A stretch of 64,000 nucleotides of DNA. Source: Candidatus Sulfopaludibacter sp. Lineage in GTDB: Bacteria > Verrucomicrobiota > Verrucomicrobiia > Limisphaerales > UBA11358. The position numbers and the translations under genes are program-made. Every line of letters begins with the position of its first letter. Position 1 is the first letter of the stretch. Of the stretch, positions 38,072 through 46,000 are shown in pieces. The notes under the pieces were generated by a model that was given only the letters and a program-made list of their open reading frames with translations, made no database searches and was not told where the DNA came from. The DNA lies in NCBI GenBank assembly GCA_035508155.1, contig DATJNM010000058.1, positions 316-64,315 on the forward strand, given 5' to 3'.

Positions 38072-38811
38072 GTCGTCAACTTGATTCCCCGATATACTTT
38101 TACTCCCGAACTGTCCGCAAGGAAAGCTGAAGTCGGAGGCCGGCTGAAAACCTCATGGAAATGTTCGCCGTATAAATTGGCCGCGTCGCAGCGAAGTTCC
38201 GCCGTTTGGGCTTCCCAAATGCGCCAACGCGGGCGCTCCACATGATATTCCATTGTGAAGCCGTCACGCAGCTTTGTGTAACCCCAATAATGCTCACTGA
38301 TAAATTCTGACAACGAACCATCCGCCACTGACTGGGAATCGCCGGACACAGTTACTCGCAGAAAATTCTCACGGCCATCCGAGCACCAGGAATAGGAAAC
38401 AGCTTTAATGTTTTCATGGATTTTCTCAATCCGGTGTGTCATCGGCACTGCAAAATAGTTCTCCTTGTAGCATTTCCGCGCAACAAAGGCAATGGCTCTT
38501 CGCGGAACCAATTCCTTGACAAAAACGACGCCGCGCCGCCAGCCGTCATCTGCCTTCCTGCGGACGTAAAATCGCATGTTGACTTCCTCAAAATCGCGGT
38601 GAAATGGGATTGGCACTCCACCGACGCGGGTGTTCTGAAACAGAAAGCCAACGACGCTCACATAACTTTTGCCGTTCCAAAAATCCAATTCCGTGCCTGC
38701 CGGAATGAACGGCGCGAGCGTTGCCGGATCAATTTCGTAATTGAACATCGCCAGGAAACGCCATTCGGCGGTCAGAAAGACCTTTGCCGGATCGGATTTT
38801 GTTGCGCCCAT
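38068..38811 (-). CDS. DUF2071 domain-containing protein
   Basis: LTAEWRFLAMFNYEIDPATLAPFIPAGTELDFWNGKSYVSVVGFLF...FEEVNMRFYV fits DUF2071 (YqjF-like). Its stop overlaps the DCC start. Confidence 0.7.
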   Translation of the reverse strand: MGATKSDPAKVFLTAEWRFLAMFNYEIDPATLAPFIPAGTELDFWNGKSYVSVVGFLFQNTRVGGVPIPFHRDFEEVNMRFYVRRKADDGWRRGVVFVKELVPRRAIAFVARKCYKENYFAVPMTHRIEKIHENIKAVSYSWCSDGRENFLRVTVSGDSQSVADGSLSEFISEHYWGYTKLRDGFTMEYHVERPRWRIWEAQTAELRCDAANLYGEHFHEVFSRPPTSAFLADSSGVKVYRGIKLTT

Positions 38812-38841
38812 CGCCGATAATCCTATTCAATTTCCATTCGA

Positions 38842-38869
38842 CAATCACCAATCGAAAATCGAAATTAGT
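38842..38869. repeat. Heptamer-phased micro-array upstream of the FmdB-like gene
   Basis: caatcac caatcga aaatcga aattagt read directly from the sequence. Confidence 0.75.
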
Positions 38870-38872
38870 TCC

Positions 38873-39118
38873 GTGCCTCTCTACGAATATGAGTTGTGTG
38901 AAGGTGAGTGCAGGGTATGCGGCGGGCGTTTCACGCTGCGCCGGCCGCTGTCAGCCAAGCCGTTGACGCATTGTCCGGCCTGTAAAAAGCCGGTGCGTAA
39001 AATCATCTCCGGCTTCAATACGCCCACCAAACTCAAGCCATTGTCCGTTTCAGACGCGAAAAAGGCCGGTTTTACCGTGCTTAAAAAGGTCAGCAAAGGT
39101 GAATATGAAAGGCAGTGA
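38873..39118 (+). CDS. FmdB-family zinc-ribbon protein
   Basis: GTG start. (M)PLYEYELCEGECRVCGGRFTLRRPLSAKPLTHCPACKKPVRKIISG is the CxxC...CxxC FmdB signature. Confidence 0.75.
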   Translation: MPLYEYELCEGECRVCGGRFTLRRPLSAKPLTHCPACKKPVRKIISGFNTPTKLKPLSVSDAKKAGFTVLKKVSKGEYERQ

Positions 39119-39136
39119 TTGGTAATTGGTGATTGG
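39116..39136. repeat. Heptamer-phased micro-array downstream of the FmdB-like gene
   Basis: tgattgg taattgg tgattgg, decaying to about 39157. ATTGGTGATTG (39125-39135) is the reverse complement of CAATCACCAAT (38842-38852). Confidence 0.75.
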
Positions 39137-39272
39137 TTGAATTGTTAGATGGTTGAGCCGATTGCCGGTGTGATTGTGCCCATGATTCCACCTTTTAACC
39201 ATTCGCGGTTTAACCAGACCGGGGTGAATTCGTTTTGACGGCGGCAATCTGTTGCGGTAGGGTGGGGGTTGA

Positions 39273-40310
39273 ATGGGTATCCGCCTGACCAGTTTAAGAA
39301 TGTCATCGTCTCTGGCCGTTGCGGTCGTGGCGATGGCGCCATTGGTTGAAGCCCAACCGGCGAAGACCAATGCCTGGAAACCCATTATTTTCTCGTCCCC
39401 GGCCGGAAATGAGATTTCCTCCAACCCGATCTCGCCTTCGACCCAGCCGCTGGCACCGGCGGATTTTCGAGGCCTGTTTCAAGACGCGGCCCCCATCGGT
39501 TCGTTCAATGATTTCGGGCCGGTGCCCGCGCCGGTCGCCGGCGGGCGATTTCCAAAATCCGCCCGGGATCGTCAGGAATGGATTTTCATGACGCCGGCGG
39601 AGATTCTGGGCGTGTCGTCAAACCAATTGCTGCAAACCGGGAAACTCAACGAAAACGATCAGCGGGAAGACCTGTCGCCGATGGAACGCTACCTGGAAAG
39701 GCGCAACCCCTCTATCTGGTTTAACCCGTCCGGAGACCCATCGCGGTCACGGAATTCCTGGGAACAGGGAAACGACCAGACCAACAGCAACGACAATTCC
39801 TCCGATCTGATGGACAGTGGTCCGGATGCCTTCCAGTCGCCCTTGGTTTCCAGCCAGTTTCCCAACACCGCGCCGGGGAACGATTCATCCGCAGACCCGA
39901 ACAAGGAATCCTTCTGGTCAAAATTATTTGGCTCTCCGGCACTGCAACCAACCCCCAACACTTCGGCCGTCGCCCAACAACAGGCGGAATTGAACCAGTT
40001 CCAGCAGATGCTCAACCCGGGCTCCGTGCCCGTTACCGCGGCCACGTCCGTGCCGGACAACACACCGGCCTTTAAGCCGCAAAACAACTTCCCGGTCACC
40101 GATTCCACCCAGCCGTTGGTTAATCCCGTGGGCGCCTCGTTCACACCATTGAACAGTGGAATTGGCCAACCGGCGGCGGTGCCGCCACTCCCCGGAATAA
40201 CCCGGCCAGCCGGCATCCCGGCCTTGACCGCGCCCACCTGGGCGCCGCAGATGGCTCCCTGGCTGTCGCAAAACCCGCAGCCGTTTGCCATTCCGCAGCG
40301 TAAATTCTGA
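39273..40310 (+). CDS. Secreted low-complexity P/S/N/Q-rich protein
   Basis: Signal peptide MSSSLAVAVVAMAPLVEAQP, then 320 aa with no recognisable domain. Ends ...NPQPFAIPQRKF. Confidence 0.5.
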   Translation: MGIRLTSLRMSSSLAVAVVAMAPLVEAQPAKTNAWKPIIFSSPAGNEISSNPISPSTQPLAPADFRGLFQDAAPIGSFNDFGPVPAPVAGGRFPKSARDRQEWIFMTPAEILGVSSNQLLQTGKLNENDQREDLSPMERYLERRNPSIWFNPSGDPSRSRNSWEQGNDQTNSNDNSSDLMDSGPDAFQSPLVSSQFPNTAPGNDSSADPNKESFWSKLFGSPALQPTPNTSAVAQQQAELNQFQQMLNPGSVPVTAATSVPDNTPAFKPQNNFPVTDSTQPLVNPVGASFTPLNSGIGQPAAVPPLPGITRPAGIPALTAPTWAPQMAPWLSQNPQPFAIPQRKF

Positions 40311-40322
40311 ACCCGGCGCAAG

Positions 40323-42059
40323 TCAGTGCGACGAGGTCATCACCATGACCTGTTCCAGCGTGGAAATGCCTTCCCTGGCGCGATCCAGTGCAACCATTCG
40401 CAACGTGCGCATGCCCTGGCTGACGGCTATCTTGGCCAATTCACGTGAGTTGGCGCGGGCGATGATGAGTTTGCGAATCTGATCGGAAATGGACATGGCC
40501 TCGATGATGGCAAGGCGCCCGCTGTAACCGGAATTTTTGCAGCGCTCACAACCGCGCCCGCGATACAGTTGCACGCCGTTGAGCGTGGCGGGATCTATGC
40601 CGAGGTCTTCAAACATTTTTGGGGGATAGGTGACCGGTTCTTTGCAATGCGGACAGATGCGGCGCACCAGGCGTTGGGCGCAGGAAAGGATGACGGAGGA
40701 GGAGATCAAAAACGGAGCGATACCCATGTCATCAAGCCGGGCGATGGCGCCGGGCGCGTCATTGCAGTGCATGGTGCTGAGCACCTGATGTCCGGTAAGC
40801 GCGGCTTCGATGGCGATTTCGGCGGTCTCCGTGTCACGGATTTCCCCGATCATGATGATGTCCGGGTCCTGACGGAGGATCGACCGCAACGCGTTGGCGA
40901 AGGTAAGGCCGATCTCCTTCTTGGTGGGCACCTGATTGATGCCGGGAATTTGAAATTCAACCGGGTCTTCCACGGTGACGATGTTATAGATGGGATTGTT
41001 GAGTTCGTTCAGCGCGGAGTAAAGGGTGGTCGTTTTGCCCGAGCCGGTCGGACCGGTGACCAGAATCAACCCGTGCGGGGCATCAATGGCGGCTTTGAAC
41101 TGTTTGAAGGTTTCGCCATCCAACCCGAGCTTGTCAATGCTGGCGGAAAGATTGGTCTTGTCGAGCACGCGCAGCACGATTTTCTCGCCGTGCACGGTCG
41201 GCAACACCGAAACACGCAGATCATAGTCCTTGCCGCTCACACGCACCCGCATGCGTCCGTCTTGCGGCAAACGCCGCTCGGCGATGTCGAGGCTGCTCAT
41301 GATTTTAAAGCGCGAGGCCAAGGCCAGTTGCATTTGCTTGGGCGGCGGGGTGGCATCAATCAACACACCATCCACGCGGTAGCGCAGCCGCATGACCCTC
41401 TCAAACGGCTCCAAATGCACGTCGCTGGCATGGTCCTTGATGGCTTGAACGACGATCAAGTTGGCCAATTTGATCACCGGCGCCTCTCCGCTGGAGGCGG
41501 CCAACTGGTCAAGGTTGACCTCCTCGAGGGTTTCTTTGATGGTTTCAATGGAAGCATCTTCTTCACTCTCACGCAGTTTTTCAGCGTCTTGTATGATGTC
41601 TTCTATCGAACCGCTTTTGGCGGAATCAATCGCGATCAGCTTGTCGAGAATGGCTTTCTCCGAGGCAATCAACGGAGCGATTTCCAGGCGGGTAAGACGC
41701 TTGACGTCGTCAAGCGCAAGAACATTCAACGGGTCAGCCATCGCCAGAAACAGTTTGTTTTCCAGCCGTGATATGGGAACCACCTTGTAATTGTGCGCGG
41801 CGTCCCGCGGCAGCAATTCGGCAATTTCAAGCGGAATGGTCAAACGGTTCAGATTGACGGACGGCACGTTGAGGACTCGGCCCATGGAAACGGTCAAATC
41901 CTGTTCGCTGACGTAGGCCTTTTCGACAATCAATTTGACGAGTCGCGTGCCTCCCTTTTTCTGTTCCTCCAGCAGCGTCTCCACCTGTTGGGCAGTCAAC
42001 AAGCCGTCCTCAACCAGGGCATCGGCGATGCGTTCTCCGAATGATTTGACTTTGGCCAT
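40323..42059 (-). CDS. PilB/GspE/MshE-family ATPase, copy 2, with MshEN-like N-terminus
   Basis: Walker A GPTGSGKTT, IMIGEIRD, LTGHQVLSTMHCND, CPHC...CERC. N-terminal RIADALVEDGLLTAQQVETLLEEQ, then KKGGT, then RLVKLIVEKAYVSEQDLTVSMGRV. Confidence 0.92.
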   Translation of the reverse strand: MAKVKSFGERIADALVEDGLLTAQQVETLLEEQKKGGTRLVKLIVEKAYVSEQDLTVSMGRVLNVPSVNLNRLTIPLEIAELLPRDAAHNYKVVPISRLENKLFLAMADPLNVLALDDVKRLTRLEIAPLIASEKAILDKLIAIDSAKSGSIEDIIQDAEKLRESEEDASIETIKETLEEVNLDQLAASSGEAPVIKLANLIVVQAIKDHASDVHLEPFERVMRLRYRVDGVLIDATPPPKQMQLALASRFKIMSSLDIAERRLPQDGRMRVRVSGKDYDLRVSVLPTVHGEKIVLRVLDKTNLSASIDKLGLDGETFKQFKAAIDAPHGLILVTGPTGSGKTTTLYSALNELNNPIYNIVTVEDPVEFQIPGINQVPTKKEIGLTFANALRSILRQDPDIIMIGEIRDTETAEIAIEAALTGHQVLSTMHCNDAPGAIARLDDMGIAPFLISSSVILSCAQRLVRRICPHCKEPVTYPPKMFEDLGIDPATLNGVQLYRGRGCERCKNSGYSGRLAIIEAMSISDQIRKLIIARANSRELAKIAVSQGMRTLRMVALDRAREGISTLEQVMVMTSSH

Positions 42060-42063
42060 GGCA

Positions 42064-42918
42064 TTAACGGAAGGCTTTGCGGATGTTTTGCATCAGTTCG
42101 CTCGGTGATGCCAGATACCAGAGCAACCGGCTGTTCGTGGCTTCGGCCAATTCCTTCGCGGCTTGCTGGTTGAACGGGTTCGCGGTGGCCAGCAAAATTG
42201 CTTTGCTCATCCGATCGAAGGGCAACAGGCACCAACGGCGGCAAATGGCCATGGGAAATCCCCGCGCCAATTCCATGTCCACCTCATATTTATCCAGCGG
42301 CAAATATGCCAGACGCGATTTGTCGGACAGCAGTTTGAGTGATTTCTCGATCGGCAAAACGCCCTTTTCCGAGAGCGCGTTGATGAATGGTTCGACGACG
42401 TCCGACGGCACCTTGGTCAAGTCCGCTGATCGCCACCATAAATCGAAATCGCCGGTGCTAATGATATGACCCTCCACAAAAATCTTATGCATCGCCTTGC
42501 GGCCATCATCAATTTCCTCCGTCGCCGTCGCCCGCGTCTTCTTTCTGAATCGTGCCGTGTCTGACGACAGCGTCAGCGCCGTCGGTTCCACTCCCGTGAT
42601 TTGCTGCACCGCCACATTGTTGGCCTTGTCTTCAATTTGCTTGAGCGCCGATTGCACATCCGCATCGTTCGGGCGCCTCTGCAACACTGTCTCGTATTCC
42701 AAAATCGCCGAGGAAAGCTGTCCCATTTGGAGGTAGGCCTGCGCGATGCGTTTGGAGGTGTTGATGACTTCCTGCTCGCGACCCAGCTTGGTATAGGCTT
42801 CTTTGAGAATCTCCAGCGACTGGCAATCGTTCGGCTGCGATTGCACAATGACCTCGAACATCTCAATCGTCTGCACCAATTGAGCTTCTTCACTTCCGTT
42901 TAACGTCGCTGTAGCCAT
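42064..42918 (-). CDS. TPR plus T2SSE_N (GspE N-terminal-like) domain protein
   Basis: Start set to ATG 42918 (MATATLNG). TPR-like N-half (LEILKEAYTKLGREQE, AQAYLQMGQLSSAILEYETVLQRRPND). C-half LAYLPLDKYEVDMELARGFPMAICRRWCLLPFDRMSKAILLATANPFNQQAAKEL resembles T2SSE_N. Confidence 0.6.
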   Translation of the reverse strand: MATATLNGSEEAQLVQTIEMFEVIVQSQPNDCQSLEILKEAYTKLGREQEVINTSKRIAQAYLQMGQLSSAILEYETVLQRRPNDADVQSALKQIEDKANNVAVQQITGVEPTALTLSSDTARFRKKTRATATEEIDDGRKAMHKIFVEGHIISTGDFDLWWRSADLTKVPSDVVEPFINALSEKGVLPIEKSLKLLSDKSRLAYLPLDKYEVDMELARGFPMAICRRWCLLPFDRMSKAILLATANPFNQQAAKELAEATNSRLLWYLASPSELMQNIRKAFR

Positions 42919-43099
42919 GCCTCGAAATCCACCACCGCCATTTTCGCACAACAAATGCGGCAAGAGACCGATTTTGAGCAATTTTCCTGCCAGCTTGAAC
43001 GCGGCCGCAGTCAACGCCCACCCGGTGAATCGGCACGCGAAAACGCTTCGCGAAATCACTTTTGCGATTTATGTCCACGTGCCTTCATGCTAGAAAACC

Positions 43100-46000
43100 G
43101 TGGTGAAACAACCGATGCCAACCATGACGCCTGTCCCCGGCGACCGCTTGGTGCGGTTCGTCGGCGATCACGTTCGTTTCACCTTGCGCGACACAACTGG
43201 CGGCGGACGCGGGTTGCTGCGGACCAATCTCGGCCGCGGCACGGTCCGGCGGCGGGAAATCATTGCCGCTCACGCTGGTGGACCGGTTCCTGCGGGCGCC
43301 TCGTGGCACGACGTGCCCATGCATAAAAACGCCGGCGCCTGGGAAATTGAACTGCCGCTTGCCGAAGCCGGTTTCTTCAAGGCCAAACCTTACCTGCTGG
43401 ATTCAAAGGGCTGGCAACACTGGCCGGACGGCCCCGATGTGGGCATCAGCGTCCATCCCGATTTCTGCCGCACCGCGAATGTCATTTACTGCGCCTTCAC
43501 CCGGTTATTCGGACCGACACGCACGGCCGTGGTCGCGGTGGACCCAGAACTGAACTTTCAACTCAATCCTTTCGACGCAAAAGGTTATACCGTCATTCCT
43601 CCGTCTGGAAAACTGCGCGATCTTGCGCGACAATTGCCTCATATCGTCCAGACGCTCGGCTGCCGCATTCTGCACCTGTTGCCGGTCCATCCGGTGCCGA
43701 CCACCTATGCGCGGTTCGGGCGGTTCGGCAGCCCCTACGCCGCGCTCGATTTGACGGCCGTGGACCCGGCACTCGCCGAATTCGACCAGCGCACCACGGC
43801 TATTGATCAGTTTTGTGAACTGACCTTCGCGACGCATGCGCTCGGCGCGCGCGTGTTCCTCGATATCGTCATCAACCACACTGGTTGGGGCGCGGTCCTG
43901 CAGGAAAATCATCCCGAATTTTTCCTCCGGAATCCTGACGGCACGTTTGCCAGCCCCGGCGCGTGGGGAGTCACGTGGGGCGATCTCGCGGAACTGAAAC
44001 AGGACAACCTGGCGCTTTGGGATATCATCGCCGATGCGCTGCTGACGTGGTGTCGCCGGGGAGTGGACGGTTTTCGGTGCGACGCCGGTTACAAAATTCC
44101 GGTGCCCGCCTGGCAATACATCATTGCCCGCGTGCAGGAGGAATTCCCCGAGACCGTCTTTTTGCTCGAAGGCCTGGGCGGCTCCTGGGAAGTCACCGAA
44201 AATCTGCTGACCGAAGGCGGTATGCAGTGGGCCTATTCCGAATTGTTCCAGAATTATTCCGGCTCAGAAGTGGCCAACTACCTCGACTACGCCCTGCGCC
44301 AAAGCAGCCGCGTGGGGCTTTACGTGCATTACAGCGAAACCCACGACAACGACCGCCTCGCCAAACGCGATCGCGCGTGGTCGCTGCTGCGCAACCGCCT
44401 CTGCGCGTTGACCAGCGTGAACGGCGGGTTTGGCCTTACGTGCGGTGTCGAATGGCTCGCTGCCGAAAAAATCAAGGTCCACGACTGCACCGGGCTTGGT
44501 TGGGGCAGCTCCCACAACATCGTGCCCGAACTGGCGCGATTAAACCAATTGCTGGCCGACCACCCATGCTTCTTCGACGGCGCGAAACTCACGCGCCTGA
44601 GTCCGCCGGACTCGCCGGTCTATGCGCTGCTCCGCGAATCGGCGGAAGGAAAAGACGCTGTTTTGGTTCTGGCCAATTGCGACGTTGAAAAGGCGAATCC
44701 GCTTTCATTTTCCTCATCGGCCATCGGCCGGCGGCAATTGACAATTGACCTGCTCGGCCAGCCGCTGCCGGAAATCTCCGTGGCGCAAGACAAAATCACC
44801 TTCACGCTCCCGCCCGGCGCGGCCTTCTGCCTCGCGTCAGCCGAAATGCCCGCCGGTTTGAGTGGCGACGCATACCGCCGCGCCCGCGCCCAGGCCGCCT
44901 GGGCGCTGACGGCGTTGAGCCGTGTTGTTCCCGCTGAAATCCTGGACGACCTCGACTGGCGCTGGCTGGCCAAGCAGGTGGAACACTCGCGGGAAAATTT
45001 TCTGGCCGCCGCCGCTGAATTCGCCGCGCGCGGTGCAACATCCCCGTTGGCTGAGCTGTTGTCGGCTTGCGAAGCACGACACATTTACCCGCGTGTCGTC
45101 GTCTGGACGTTGCTCGACCGTCGGCGCGTGACGCCCGTGCCACCCGGCCATTGCCTGCTGATTCAGGACAGCGCTCCGTTCCGAGCTGCGCTCCGAACAC
45201 AGAATGGCGATGCCGTTCACTTCCAATCCATCCCCGCCGGGAACGTTCATGTGGCCTGCTTTGCGTCGCGCCAAACCGCCGCGGAAGCAGAACTGACTTT
45301 GGAACGCTACGCCGCGACTTGCCAAAAAATCTCCGCCGCCATCCGCTTTTTGCCGGCCGGGCCGCGATCCCTGACTTCCAACCTCCCACTCCCCACTGCC
45401 GATTCATTGGTCCTGCTGACCAACGGCCGGGGCGGCATGGCGCGCCTGTGCCTGGATTTGGGGCGTGTGAATTCGAAATACGATTGCGTCCTCGGAGCCA
45501 ATTTGCATCCCGGGATGCCCGTGGACCGTCATGTCTTCGTCAAACGCATCCGCGCCTGGGTGAATGCTGATGGTTTTTTATCGCCGCTCAACGCGAAAAA
45601 TCTGGCGTCGTTCGCGGCCGATCCACCGGCGGTCTGGCAGTTTGTGGCCAACGCCGGCGATGGGCACACCGTCGAAATCGAGTTGCGGGCGGAAATGGTC
45701 GAGGGCAAAAACACAACGATCCTTGAATTCAGCCGCCCGACCGCCGAGCGCGCCATTGGCAAACAATTACCCGCCGATGCCGACGTTCGCCTGACCTTGC
45801 GGTTTGACATCGAGGATCGGAATTTCCATTGGGAAACCAGGCGCAACGGCGGCGCGGATTCGCATTTCTCAACGAACTGCCGCGAAATTGAAAATTCAAA
45901 ACTCAAAACTCAAAATCGCGCCGGCTTCGAATTCACGCCCGCGCCCGACCGGCAACTGCGCGTTTTTGCAGACGCTGGCGAATATCATCCTCAGCCGGAG

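Noticed and set aside
40569-41771. 400-aa plus-strand ORF opposite the second PilB-type ATPase
   Set aside because: Same reasoning. It is the mirror frame of a strongly supported gene, with low-complexity R/G/D/H-rich sequence.
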